Source: Alphaproteobacteria bacterium (GTDB lineage Bacteria; Pseudomonadota; Alphaproteobacteria; CALKHQ01). Taken from it: a DNA stretch of 64,000 nt. A model generated the notes under the pieces. That model had not been told where the DNA came from and did not search any database. It saw nothing but the letters and a program-made list of their open reading frames with translations. The stretch's first letter is position 1. Every line of letters begins with the position of its first letter. Where the stretch lies: assembly GCA_965227515.1 (NCBI GenBank), contig CBDDFZ010000001.1, positions 704,001 to 768,000 on the forward strand, written 5' to 3'. The position numbers and the translations under genes are program-made. Below are positions 9,884-20,873 of the stretch, one piece after another.

Positions 9884-11134
9884 CTAATCGACCGAGGCAA
9901 ACAGCGAAATGCCATGGATCAAGTCGATGGCACGCTGCAGTTGATAGTCCTCGATCTCTTCGGCGACCTCTTCGGCCTGGTCTTCGTCTTCGCTGCTGTC
10001 CAGCGCACCGCGCAGGTCGGACTCGCGGATGCCCATCTCTTCCAGCGTCTCCAGGATCGCCTGTTCGACGATGATGTCCGGCACGATGCCGACGGCCTGG
10101 ATCGACCGGCCCGAAGGCGTGTAGTAGCGCGCCGTGGTCAGCTTCATCGCGACGTTGCCCGGCAGCTCCATGATGGTCTGGACCGAGCCCTTGCCGAAGG
10201 ACTGGGTGCCGACGATGATCGCGCGGCGGTGGTCCTGCAACGCACCGGCAACGATCTCCGACGCGGAGGCCGAGCCGCCATTGATCAGCACCACGACCGG
10301 CAGGCCGTTGGCCAGGTCGCCGGGGTCCGCATTGTGGCGGGTGGTGTCGTTCGGCCGGCGCCCGCGGGTGGAGACGATCTCGCCGTGCTCCAGGAACGCG
10401 TCGGCCACCTCGATCGCCTGGTCGAGCAGGCCACCGGGGTTGTTGCGCAGGTCCAGCACGAAGCCTTCCAGGTCGTCGCCCAGCTCTTCCTGCAGGTTCT
10501 CCAGCGCACGGGCCAGGCCGGGCTGGGTCTGCTCGGTGAAGCGGGTGATGCGGATGTAGCCGACGTTGCCCTCGGTGCGATAGCGCACGCTATCCACGGT
10601 GATCACCGCGCGGCGCAGGGTCACGTCGAACGGCTCGGTGTCCTCGCGCGCGATGGTCAGCACGATCTCGGTGTCCACCGGGCCGCGCATCAGGTCCACC
10701 GCCTCGTTGAGGGTGAGGCCCTGTACCGAGGTGCCGTCCAGGTGGGTGATGTAGTCGCCGGACTGGATGCCCGCCTCGGCCGCCGGCGTGTCGTCGATGG
10801 GCGTCACCACGCGGACGAAGCCGTTCTCCATCGTCACCTCGATGCCGAGCCCGCCGAATTCGCCACGGGTCTCGATCTGCATGTCGGAGAAGTTGGAGAG
10901 GTCGAGGAAGCTGGAATGGGGGTCGAGCGACGCCAGCATGCCGTTGATGGCGGCTTCGATCAGCTCTTCGTCGCTGACTTCCTCAACATAGTTGGCACGC
11001 ACCTGCTCGAAGGCCTCGCCGAAGCGATCCAGCATGCGGTACGTGTCGGAAGTGGTCTCTTGGCTGAGCGCGGAAGCCGCCCCCCAACCAAACAGTGCGA
11101 CCGCCGCCACGGCGACGACTGTGTTCCGGGTCAT
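9884..11134 (-). CDS. ctpA: Carboxy-terminal processing protease (S41)
   Basis: LDPHS, FGGLGIE PDZ, DLRNNPGG, SASASE and GKGSVQ motifs. Confidence 0.92.
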   Translation of the reverse strand: MTRNTVVAVAAVALFGWGAASALSQETTSDTYRMLDRFGEAFEQVRANYVEEVSDEELIEAAINGMLASLDPHSSFLDLSNFSDMQIETRGEFGGLGIEVTMENGFVRVVTPIDDTPAAEAGIQSGDYITHLDGTSVQGLTLNEAVDLMRGPVDTEIVLTIAREDTEPFDVTLRRAVITVDSVRYRTEGNVGYIRITRFTEQTQPGLARALENLQEELGDDLEGFVLDLRNNPGGLLDQAIEVADAFLEHGEIVSTRGRRPNDTTRHNADPGDLANGLPVVVLINGGSASASEIVAGALQDHRRAIIVGTQSFGKGSVQTIMELPGNVAMKLTTARYYTPSGRSIQAVGIVPDIIVEQAILETLEEMGIRESDLRGALDSSEDEDQAEEVAEEIEDYQLQRAIDLIHGISLFASVD

Positions 11135-12435
11135 TCGTCCATCCCGTCTTTGTCTAAGAGAAACCAATCTTTCGGATTGATCGGCACGCCATCGTGCCGC
11201 AACTCCACGCCAATCGACACCACGCCTGCGGTGCCGGGTGTGGGTGCATCTGCCGCAATTCCAATAGGCTCGCCGCTCAGAAGCCGGCGGCCAACCGCCG
11301 TGTCGATCCGCGACAATCCTGATATCACCGTATGATATCCCTCGCCATGATCGATGATCAAGACGAGCCCGCGCCCTGGGAACGGTGCCGCGTAGGCAAC
11401 GACCCCGCCATGCGGGCTGACAAGCTGCGCCCCCGGTCGGGCTGCGATGTGCAGGCCACGGCCGACCAGGCCGAATGCATCGACGACATCGAAGTCGAGG
11501 CTGACATCGCCGGTCGCGGGCAGGCGCAGTTGTCCCGACGCCGCGGCCATCGAAGCCCCATCCGCCAGATAGGGTGACAGGTCGGTTTCGATGGCGGCCA
11601 GAACCACTGGTGCCGCCGCGCCGAACTCGACGGTCACAGTGGGCGCGTCCACACGGGCAAGGCGCAGGTCGTCCATCAGGCCAGCCAGGGCGTCGACGTG
11701 CTCGGCCAGGGATTCGGAACGGTCGTGTGCCGCGGCGAGCGCGCTGTAGCGCGCACGATGCATGTCGTCCAATTCGGTGTGGATGCCGGCAAGGGTGGCG
11801 CGCTCCGCGTCCAGCCGGGCCGACGCCCGCGCCACCTTGGCACGCTGGTCCTCGGTCTCGCGGCGCAGTTCGGTCAGGTTCGCCGTGCGCTCTGCCATCG
11901 CGGCGACCTCGGCGCTGAGCGCCGGCGCCAGGGTGGAGAGCACGACACCGGCGCGCACCGCGCGATTGGGATCCTCGCCATTGGCCAGCAGGGCGAGCGG
12001 CGATGCGGCGGCCACCTGATAGAGCGCCAGGGTGGCGCCAGACAAGCGTGCCCGGTCCTCCACCAGTTGGGCCTGGGCAGTGGCCAGTTCGGCGTCGATG
12101 CGCACCAGGCGGGCCTCCAGTTCGGTCAGCAGGGCTTCGGCGTCCTGCACCGCGCGCGCGGCGACCACCAGCCGGTGCTGGGCCGCTTCCGCCTGTTCGC
12201 GCAACTGTTCGGCTTCCTGTTCCAGCGCCTGCTCTTCCAGTTCGGATGACGCCTGTTCGCTCGTGGTCTGCTCCAGCAGGGCCGCCACCGCGTCCATGTC
12301 CAGTGCTTCCGGTGCGTCCGGCCCGTCCGCTGCATCCTGCGCCAGGGCAGGCGCGACGCCGCCGAGCAATGCCACCGATGTCGCCATCATGGCTGCACGG
12401 CGTGCCCAGGTCGAAGCTCGAGGCAGGCGGTTCAC
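11131..12435 (-). CDS. envC: EnvC-like murein hydrolase activator (coiled coil plus degenerate M23)
   Basis: Long coiled coil; GLVLIIDHGEGYHTV and PINP M23-like C-terminus; ATGA overlap with ctpA; start uncertain. Confidence 0.8.
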   Translation of the reverse strand: MNRLPRASTWARRAAMMATSVALLGGVAPALAQDAADGPDAPEALDMDAVAALLEQTTSEQASSELEEQALEQEAEQLREQAEAAQHRLVVAARAVQDAEALLTELEARLVRIDAELATAQAQLVEDRARLSGATLALYQVAAASPLALLANGEDPNRAVRAGVVLSTLAPALSAEVAAMAERTANLTELRRETEDQRAKVARASARLDAERATLAGIHTELDDMHRARYSALAAAHDRSESLAEHVDALAGLMDDLRLARVDAPTVTVEFGAAAPVVLAAIETDLSPYLADGASMAAASGQLRLPATGDVSLDFDVVDAFGLVGRGLHIAARPGAQLVSPHGGVVAYAAPFPGRGLVLIIDHGEGYHTVISGLSRIDTAVGRRLLSGEPIGIAADAPTPGTAGVVSIGVELRHDGVPINPKDWFLLDKDGMDE

Positions 12436-12574
12436 GTCATTCACGCGGAGATTGATTCGCAAGCAGTATGGCAAACCTATGACGCATCGCAGGGCCCGGG
12501 CACACCGATTTCGCCACAAATGACGCAGCGGTGAAGGCGCGTGCGGTGTCGCCTCCGGCGAAGCTGATTCCAAC

Positions 12575-13153
12575 TTACCTGCCTGGATCGTCCAGCGCTT
12601 CGATGAAGATGGCGTCAACGCCAATCGCGATGCCCGGCGGATCGAGGACGATTTCGCCCGTGGAGACGATGTGGGTATCGAAACGGTCCGGCCCGGCACG
12701 GCGGTGATGGATGACCTTCCTGCGCTCCGTGTCGAACACAAGATAGTGTGCGATGGAGTTGACCTGGGCGTAGCCTTCGAGTTTGGCAACCAAGTCGATC
12801 GACTTCGAAGAGGGCGACATGACCTCGACGACCACGATGGGCGCGTTCAATTCCAAAGCGTCGGCAGGCGGTCTGGGCCCGCAGTTTACGGAGGCGTCGG
12901 GCTCGAACGCGGTTTGCGCGTTGATCCTGACGGTCATGCCGTCTGGATAGGCGCGGCATTCGACGCCGGCCTTTTGGATTGCGTCGCGCAGAGCCACTGC
13001 CACCGCCAGCTTGACGTCGGCATGCTCGACGCGTTCCGGCGCCATGGCGACCGGCGTGCCATCCAGCAGTTCGTACCGCGCGGCCTGCTGCGCTGCCCAT
13101 GGCAGGTACTCTTCCACTGTCATAAGTCTGGCAGCCGATTCGGACATGCTCAT
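12575..13153 (-). CDS. Uma2-family PD-(D/E)XK endonuclease
   Basis: MTVEEY, YELLDG..MAP, EPDASV, VVEVMSPSS..D..KL..Y motifs. Confidence 0.88.
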   Translation of the reverse strand: MSMSESAARLMTVEEYLPWAAQQAARYELLDGTPVAMAPERVEHADVKLAVAVALRDAIQKAGVECRAYPDGMTVRINAQTAFEPDASVNCGPRPPADALELNAPIVVVEVMSPSSKSIDLVAKLEGYAQVNSIAHYLVFDTERRKVIHHRRAGPDRFDTHIVSTGEIVLDPPGIAIGVDAIFIEALDDPGR

Positions 13154-13214
13154 GGACCTCGGGCACCGGATTGCAGGCCGGCAGTCTAACACATCGGCGG
13201 TTGGGCTGGCGGCC

Positions 13215-13251
13215 AAAACAAAGGAGCCGCGGGCGTTGGCCCACGGCTCCC
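13215..13251 (-). terminator. Rho-independent terminator of groEL
   Basis: Minus-strand GGAGCCGTGGGC-loop-GCCCGCGGCTCC hairpin followed by TTTGTTTT. Confidence 0.8.
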
Positions 13252-13313
13252 TGTCATTCCAGGTGGCCCGCCCCTGAAATCGATCGGGGCAGAGCCGGCA
13301 ACCGGGCGCGGGC

Positions 13314-15026
<1,713 letters not shown>

Positions 15027-15063
15027 TCATCTTGAATTGCTCGGAAACGAAAAAAGGCGCGCC

Positions 15064-15384
15064 TTAGGCCGCCTTCTTCTTCTTCGCCGCACCCGTGGTC
15101 TCGATCACGCCCATGATGTCGGACTCTTTCATGATCAACAGGTCTTCGCCGTCGATCTTGACCTCGGTGCCGGACCACTTGCCGAACAGAATGGTGTCGC
15201 CCGCCTTCACGTCCAGCGGCTCAACCTTGCCGGCATCGTTGCGCGCGCCGGGGCCAACTGCGACCACCGCACCCTGCATCGGCTTTTCCTTCGCCGTGTC
15301 CGGGATGATGATCCCGCCGGCCGACCGTTCCTCCGCATCGATGCGGCGGACCACAACACGATCGTGCAATGGCCGAAATTTCAT
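15064..15384 (-). CDS. groES: Co-chaperonin GroES
   Basis: [23 protein letters not shown]; GGAGG RBS upstream. Confidence 0.98.
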   Translation of the reverse strand: MKFRPLHDRVVVRRIDAEERSAGGIIIPDTAKEKPMQGAVVAVGPGARNDAGKVEPLDVKAGDTILFGKWSGTEVKIDGEDLLIMKESDIMGVIETTGAAKKKKAA

Positions 15385-15467
15385 ATCCATCCTCCAGTCG
15401 ATGTGCTTTTTCGAAACGAACCGCTTCGCGGGTTCGGGCGCCATAGCAGCAGCGTTGCCGCCATTTG

Positions 15468-15494
15468 TTAGCACTCTCCCCTCACGGCTGCTAA
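15468..15494. promoter_or_regulatory. CIRCE (HrcA operator) upstream of groES
   Basis: TTAGCACTC-N9-GGCTGCTAA, 16 of 18 positions match consensus; CTTGAC-N16-CCTAC promoter-like sequence just upstream on the minus strand. Confidence 0.9.
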
Positions 15495-15586
15495 CGGCAC
15501 GTAGGAAATTGCGGAAGTCGTGTCAAGGTGAGTCGGCGGCCAGGGGCAAAAAATTTGCATTTACCGCAGCGATCGACCGCCGGCTG

Positions 15587-15613
15587 GCAGCAGTCAACGA
15601 CCAAGGCTGCTAA
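15587..15613. promoter_or_regulatory. Second, degenerate CIRCE-like element
   Basis: GCAGCAGTC-N9-GGCTGCTAA; right arm identical to that of the first CIRCE. Confidence 0.55.
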
Positions 15614-15894
15614 AGTATTGATTCAGCAAGACTTAACCGTTGCAGCCCAGACTCGTGGCCGGGATAATCGACCCCATGCAACGCCGATATGCCGGACCGA
15701 AGGCCTCGATCTGGCATGAATCTGGCAGTGCATGGAGAGCTGGCCCATGCCCAAGCTCAGCGGTTGCCTTCGCGGCGGCTGGGCTTGGGGGCGGGCCGGC
15801 AGGCAGCCCGCGCGATGCCGTTATGGCAGCGATGCGGTGCCGAATGCAAGCGCGCCCTTTGCAACCATGTCCATTCACTTGATGTGGGGGTGCC

Positions 15895-16215
15895 ATGCGC
15901 GACGTTCGACGGCCAACCTGGGAACAGCCGGACCGGCAACAGCCGATCGCAGGTTCGGGGCTTGCCCAGCAACTGAACGACTTCCGGCTGACCTTGGCCG
16001 AAATCACCTACCGAATGCCCGACCACCAGGCGATGTTGCAGACCTTTGTCTGGCAGGGCCTGGACCGGGCGCCCGACTATCCGCGCTTGCTGGCGTTCCT
16101 GAACTACTGGCGCGAGAACCTGGACGGGCCGCTGCATTCGGTGCGGGTCGGCCAGTCGCAGGTCCTGGCCGCGCCGCGCTACCGCAACCAGCAGTCCTCA
16201 CTCCTCGTCCACTGA
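15895..16215 (+). CDS. usg: Usg-family protein
   Basis: LTLAEITYRMPDH..LQTFVWQ..D.AP..P.L..FL..W...LDGPLHSV signature. Confidence 0.85.
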   Translation: MRDVRRPTWEQPDRQQPIAGSGLAQQLNDFRLTLAEITYRMPDHQAMLQTFVWQGLDRAPDYPRLLAFLNYWRENLDGPLHSVRVGQSQVLAAPRYRNQQSSLLVH

Positions 16216-16479
16216 CCGCACATCCACCGCGCCGGTTTCGGGCGGCACCGTGCCGTCGCCGCCGTCCCAGTCGTCGGGATCGGGGGCGACCGGAATGACA
16301 TAGGCGCCGCCCAGCCAGCGATGCAGGTCGACATCGCGGCACCGCGCGGAACAGAACGGCCGAAATTTCCCATCGGCCGGCTTCCGGCACAGCGGGCATT
16401 TCGCGGCACCGGTTGCCGAGCCCGTGCCCGGTGCGTCGCCGGCATCGTCGTTCGCAGCAGTTCGCCGTGTATCGCTCAT
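16198..16479 (-). CDS. yacG: DNA gyrase inhibitor (zinc finger)
   Basis: CPLCRKP..FRPFCSARCRDVDLHRWLGGAYVIP. Confidence 0.9.
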   Translation of the reverse strand: MSDTRRTAANDDAGDAPGTGSATGAAKCPLCRKPADGKFRPFCSARCRDVDLHRWLGGAYVIPVAPDPDDWDGGDGTVPPETGAVDVRSVDEE

Positions 16480-16565
16480 GAAGGGCGGGATACCACACCA
16501 GGTGCGCGCCCCGTCAACCGCCTGCGTCAACTGCCTGGACCGCGGGCAGGGCCCTTCCGGTCGCG

Positions 16566-17201
16566 CTATTCCGGCATGGGCGGCATGGTGGCGGCGAAGC
16601 TGGGCCGGTCGGCAATCGCCGCCTGTACCGCCTTCACCCGCGGTGCGGCGTCCAGAAGGGCCGCGCCGTCGGGCATGTTGCCGACATAGAACAGGATCGG
16701 GGCCAGGAACGCGTCGGCCAGCGTGTATTGGGCGCCGCACAGATAGGGCCCCTCGCCACTCGCCAGCGCCTGCTCCATGGTGGCCAGCCGGCTGGCTGTC
16801 TTGTCTCGCCCGGCGGTCACCGCCGCCGCGTCGGGCGCGCCATCGGGCCCGGTGGGGAAGATATACTGCAGCACATAGGCGCGGATCGCGTCGTCATAGA
16901 GGTAGTCGCAGCAGACCGAGATCCAGCGGTCCATCTCCGCCTCGCCCTTCGCGTCGCGGGGCCGCAACGCAGGCCCGTCGAAGGCGGCGTCGATATATCG
17001 GGTGATCGCCGGCGTTTCGTGCAGCACCAGATCGCCATGGCGGAAGCCGGGCATCTTGCCATAGGGGTTGACCGCCAACAGCTCGGGCGCGCCCGGCCCG
17101 GCCGGCTCCAGGTCGTAGGCGACGCCCTTCTCCTCCAATGCCATCCGCGTGGTGCGGACGAACGTGCTCTGCGGCGCCCCAATAACCTTGACATCGGCCA
17201 T
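16566..17201 (-). CDS. Glutathione S-transferase family protein
   Basis: LEEKGV, NPYGKMP, LHETPAITRY and TLAD motifs. Confidence 0.9.
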   Translation of the reverse strand: MADVKVIGAPQSTFVRTTRMALEEKGVAYDLEPAGPGAPELLAVNPYGKMPGFRHGDLVLHETPAITRYIDAAFDGPALRPRDAKGEAEMDRWISVCCDYLYDDAIRAYVLQYIFPTGPDGAPDAAAVTAGRDKTASRLATMEQALASGEGPYLCGAQYTLADAFLAPILFYVGNMPDGAALLDAAPRVKAVQAAIADRPSFAATMPPMPE

Positions 17202-17240
17202 GCCGGCCTCCCTCGTTGCCGTGCACGGGTGCGCACGGAC

Positions 17241-17266
17241 GTTATGTAAGATAGTGCTTACGTAAT
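17241..17266. promoter_or_regulatory. Palindromic operator between divergent GST and GFA genes
   Basis: TTATGTAAG-atagtg-CTTACGTAA, 8 of 9 positions form an inverted repeat, AT-rich against a GC-rich background. Confidence 0.55.
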
Positions 17267-17305
17267 GGGCGGCGGCTCGGCTGACAAGGTGTGAAAGGAC
17301 GGGTC

Positions 17306-17704
17306 ATGGACACGATTTCGGGAGGGTGCGAGTGCGGCGGCGTGCGGTTCCAGGTGGCCGGAGAACTGCGCGACGTGGTGAACTGCCATTGCGGGCAGTG
17401 CCGCCGGACCCACGGCCATTATGGCGCCTACTCGGGCTGCAAGCTGGAAAACCTGGCGTTCGACAACGATGAGACGCTGACATGGTACGACTCGTCCGAC
17501 GAGGCGCGGCGCGGCTTCTGCAACCGCTGTGGCGGCAGCCTGTTCTTCGAGTTCAAGGGCTCAGGCAGTATCGCGATCTCCGCCGGCATGCTGGACGAGC
17601 CGACAGGGCTGAAAACCTCGGGCGACATCTATCTGGCGTCCAAGGGCGACTACTACGACGTGCCAGACCAGGGCGGGTTCCGCTACGAGGGCTCCCATCG
17701 CTGA
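17306..17704 (+). CDS. GFA/CENP-V family zinc protein
   Basis: GGCECG, CHCGQCRR and RGFCNRCG motifs. Confidence 0.9.
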   Translation: MDTISGGCECGGVRFQVAGELRDVVNCHCGQCRRTHGHYGAYSGCKLENLAFDNDETLTWYDSSDEARRGFCNRCGGSLFFEFKGSGSIAISAGMLDEPTGLKTSGDIYLASKGDYYDVPDQGGFRYEGSHR

Positions 17705-17893
17705 CGCTGTTGCGATGCGACCGGCCGTACGCGTACGTACGGGGGAACGCACGGGCTTCTTCGCCCGCCATGTCGGTGTGAAGACGGTATTGGACTAGCT
17801 GCTGCCGGAGCGTCAGCGAGGGCCGGCCTGCGACGTTTGGTGCGGCGGAGAGTGCGTGCCGGGGCAGAGGTTATGGCCTAACAATCCGGGGCA

Positions 17894-18661
17894 ATGGAAC
17901 TCCACGACGTCTCCGCCTGGTTCTATCCGATCGCGGCCTTCGCGGTCCTGATCACCGGCATCTCCAAAAGCGGCTTTTCCAGCGGCGTCGGCTCGCTCAG
18001 CGTGCCGATCATGGCGATCGCGATCTCGCCGTTGGCCGCCGCCGCCATCATGCTGCCGATCCTCTGCTTCATGGACCTGATGACGATCTGGGCCTATCGC
18101 CGGCAGTGGGACAAGCGCAACCTGTTGATCCTGCTGCCCGGCGCCATGGTCGGCATCGTCATCGGCGCGCTGATCTTCGACAGCATCGACGAGAATATGG
18201 TGCGCCTGATCCTGGGCCTGATCGCGCTGCTGTTCGCCCTCAACTACTTCGTCAGCCGGCGCGCCGCGCTGAAGCCGCGCCGGGGCCACCCGGCCGTGGG
18301 CGTGGCCTGCGGCACGGTTGCCGGCATCACCAGCTTCATTGCCCATGCCGGCGGGCCGCCGGTGCAGTTTTTCATGCTGCCGCAGCACTTGCACAAATCG
18401 GTATTCGTCGGCACCAGCGTGATCCTGTTCTTCGCCATCAACCAGGCGAAGATCATTCCCTACGCGCTGATCGGCCAGTTCTCGGCCGAGAACCTGACCA
18501 CGGCCCTGGTGCTGGCGCCAATGGCGCCGATCGGCATCTTCCTGGGCCTGAAACTGCACAAGCTGGTCAGCCAGGAGCTGTTCTACAAGCTGAGCTACGG
18601 CATGATGGTGATTGCCGCCGTCAAGCTGCTATGGGACGGCATCGCCGGCATGGTGGGGTAG
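17894..18661 (+). CDS. TauE/SafE sulfite exporter family membrane protein
   Basis: GISKSGF, AAAIMLP and SFIAHAGGPP motifs; about 8 TM helices. Confidence 0.88.
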   Translation: MELHDVSAWFYPIAAFAVLITGISKSGFSSGVGSLSVPIMAIAISPLAAAAIMLPILCFMDLMTIWAYRRQWDKRNLLILLPGAMVGIVIGALIFDSIDENMVRLILGLIALLFALNYFVSRRAALKPRRGHPAVGVACGTVAGITSFIAHAGGPPVQFFMLPQHLHKSVFVGTSVILFFAINQAKIIPYALIGQFSAENLTTALVLAPMAPIGIFLGLKLHKLVSQELFYKLSYGMMVIAAVKLLWDGIAGMVG

Positions 18662-18700
18662 GCGACAGTCATGCGCAACGCATTGATCTCACACCAAGAT

Positions 18701-18790
18701 CGTCATCCTCGGGCTTGTCCCGAGGATCCACGAGAAGGCCGCGCAGCGGCCTATTAGACGTGGATGCCCGCATCAAGTGCGGGCATGACG
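18701..18790. repeat. CGTC-tagged palindromic repeat family C, copy 1
   Basis: CGTCATCCTCGGGCTTGTCCCGAGGATCCA...TGGATGCCCGCATCAAGTGCGGGCATGACG. Confidence 0.85.
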
Positions 18791-18848
18791 GTATAGGAGA
18801 GGCTGCACAATAACAGCGATGTTGGCGCGCGCCTCTAACCCTTCACGC

Positions 18849-19700
18849 TCAACCCTTCACGGCGCCGGCAACCAGCCCGCGGATCAGGAAGCGCTGGATC
18901 AGGGCGAAGAACACGCAGGCGGGGATCAGCGCCAGGAAGCCAGCGGCCATCATCTGCCCCCAATTGACCGCGAACTTGGAGACGAAGTTGAGGAGGCCGA
19001 CTGGGAAGGTCGACGACCCCTCCGAATTGATCAGCATCAGCGCGAACAGCAGTTCCGACCAGGCGGCGATGAACACGAAGCCCAGGGTCGCGGCCATGCC
19101 GGGCAGCGTCAGCGGCAGGATGATCCGGCGCAGGGCGGCCGTGCGCGTACAGCCGTCGATCATCGCCGACTCTTCCAGTTCCTTCGGGATGCCCTCGATG
19201 AACGACTGCATCAGGAAGGTGGCGAACGGCACGTTGAAGGCGGAATAGACCAGCACCAGCCCCCACAGGGTGTTGGTCAGGCCCAGCGGGCTGAGGATCT
19301 GGTAGATCGGCGCGATCAGCATCACCAGCGGGAACATCTGGGTCAGCAGCAGCAGGAACACGATGGCCGCCTTGCCGCGGAAGCGGAACCGCGAGAACGC
19401 ATAGCCGGCGGCCGCTGCGATCAGGGTGACGATGATCGCGGTGGAGCCGGACACGATGACCGAGTTGGTGAAGTACTGCGGGAAGTCGGTCTGCGACAGC
19501 ACCACCCGGAAATTGTCCAGCGTGGAGAGCGACGGCCACAGTTGCACGCCTTCCGAATACAACAGGTCGTCGGGCGTGACCGCGATCTTGAGCAGCCAGT
19601 AGAGCGGGAACAGTGCGAACAGCACGTAGCCGGCGACCGCCACGTAGCGCCCCGCCGAGATGGTGATGCCCGTCGCCGAGCTGCGGTCGGTGACGATCAC
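18849..19700 (-). CDS. Carbohydrate ABC transporter permease (MalG-like)
   Basis: ELEESAMIDG EAA loop; YAFSRFRFRG; GTG start at 19700 chosen. Confidence 0.9.
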   Translation of the reverse strand: MIVTDRSSATGITISAGRYVAVAGYVLFALFPLYWLLKIAVTPDDLLYSEGVQLWPSLSTLDNFRVVLSQTDFPQYFTNSVIVSGSTAIIVTLIAAAAGYAFSRFRFRGKAAIVFLLLLTQMFPLVMLIAPIYQILSPLGLTNTLWGLVLVYSAFNVPFATFLMQSFIEGIPKELEESAMIDGCTRTAALRRIILPLTLPGMAATLGFVFIAAWSELLFALMLINSEGSSTFPVGLLNFVSKFAVNWGQMMAAGFLALIPACVFFALIQRFLIRGLVAGAVKG

Positions 19701-19708
19701 CCCACACC

Positions 19709-19891
19709 TCGTCGCCCTCGCCCTTGTGGCGAGGGCCCATCGCGGGGCGGCACAGGATCTATCCCCGAGTGGGCCGATGCGTTCTGGGCCGCGGCGCCCC
19801 ATGCATCATCGCGTCTCAGGGACTGATTGCGTTCAAGGCCATAAATGGGTCCTCGCCACCCAAGAGGTTTGATTGGCGGCGAGGACGACGA
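19709..19891. repeat. Bipartite repeat family B, copy 1 (inside the operon)
   Basis: GTCGCCCTCGCCCTTGTGGCGAGGGCCCAT...ATGGGTCCTCGCC...GGCGAGGACGAC. Confidence 0.85.
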
Positions 19892-19926
19892 TGGGGGTGG
19901 TAGCATAGCGGCGCGACAACGCATCC

Positions 19927-20862
19927 CTAGTTCACCTTCGGCAGCACGCGGCGCATCCACAACAGCAGCACAGCGTAGGTCAGCAGCAGCGCCAGCAGCA
20001 CCGTCGCGACGGCGGAGGCGTAGCCGAAGTCGAGCTTCCGGTACGCGGTGGTGAAGATGTAGCTGGCGACCGTGGTGGTGGAATGGGCCGGCCCGCCGCC
20101 GGTCATGACGATGATGATGTCGGCGAAATTGGCGATCCAGATCGTGCGCAACAGCACGGTGATGGCGATCATCGGCGCCAGGTAAGGAAGCGTGATGCGC
20201 GCGAAGCGCTGCCACGGCGTGGCGCCGTCGATGGCCGCCGCCTCGTAGAGGTCGGTGGGGATGGATTGCAGCGCGGCCAGCAGCGTGATGGCGAAGAACG
20301 GGATGCCGAACCAGACGTTGGCGACGATCGGCCCCCACATGGCGAGCGCCGGGTCGCCCAGGATGTTGTAGGGCTCGTCCAGCAGGCCGAGGTCGAACAT
20401 CCAGTGCGGCAGCGGGCCGATCACCGGGTTGAACAGCCACGCCCAGTTCAGGCCGGACAGGAAGGTCGGCACCGCCCAGGGCAGGAACACCAGCGCCTGC
20501 ACCACGCGCCGTCCCAGGAACGGCCGGTTCAGCAGCAGGGCAAGCCCCAGGCCGAGCAGGAGCTGGAAGATCAGCGAGCCGCCGGTCCACCACCCGGTCT
20601 GCCACAGCGCGCGATAGAAATAGCGGTCGTCGACCAGCGCCTCGTAGTGATCGGTGCCGATCCATTCGGTCTGGGCGAACGGGTTCAGCAGCTCCATCTT
20701 CTGGAAGCCGAACGTCAGCCCCAGCACCAGCGGCACGAACATCACCGCCAGCAGCAGCACCAGTGCCGGCGACAGATAGGTCCACGGCTCCAGCGCGCGG
20801 GTCCAGTCGCCCCGCCCTCGAGAGGACTGGCGCCGGACCTTGCGATCCGGCGCCATCGGCAT
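19927..20862 (-). CDS. Carbohydrate ABC transporter permease (MalF-like)
   Basis: LYEAAAIDGA EAA loop; MTGGGP motif. Confidence 0.9.
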   Translation of the reverse strand: MPMAPDRKVRRQSSRGRGDWTRALEPWTYLSPALVLLLAVMFVPLVLGLTFGFQKMELLNPFAQTEWIGTDHYEALVDDRYFYRALWQTGWWTGGSLIFQLLLGLGLALLLNRPFLGRRVVQALVFLPWAVPTFLSGLNWAWLFNPVIGPLPHWMFDLGLLDEPYNILGDPALAMWGPIVANVWFGIPFFAITLLAALQSIPTDLYEAAAIDGATPWQRFARITLPYLAPMIAITVLLRTIWIANFADIIIVMTGGGPAHSTTTVASYIFTTAYRKLDFGYASAVATVLLALLLTYAVLLLWMRRVLPKVN

Positions 20863-20873
20863 GGTGGCGGAGC

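Noticed and set aside
11131-12789. Extended ORF starts (envC 12789, M24 40224, PLP enzyme 23970, DadA-like 41341, dgoA 39)
   Set aside because: The extensions overlap neighbouring real genes; downstream starts with RBS or stop/start overlaps fit better
15064-15100. Lys-rich C-terminal tail on GroES (AAKKKKAA)
   Set aside because: Similar tails occur in other alphaproteobacterial GroES proteins
17240-17267. Possible dif site, given xerC in the window
   Set aside because: TAA-to-TTA spacing is 8 rather than 6, there is no XerD-arm match, and the position in a divergent promoter fits an operator better
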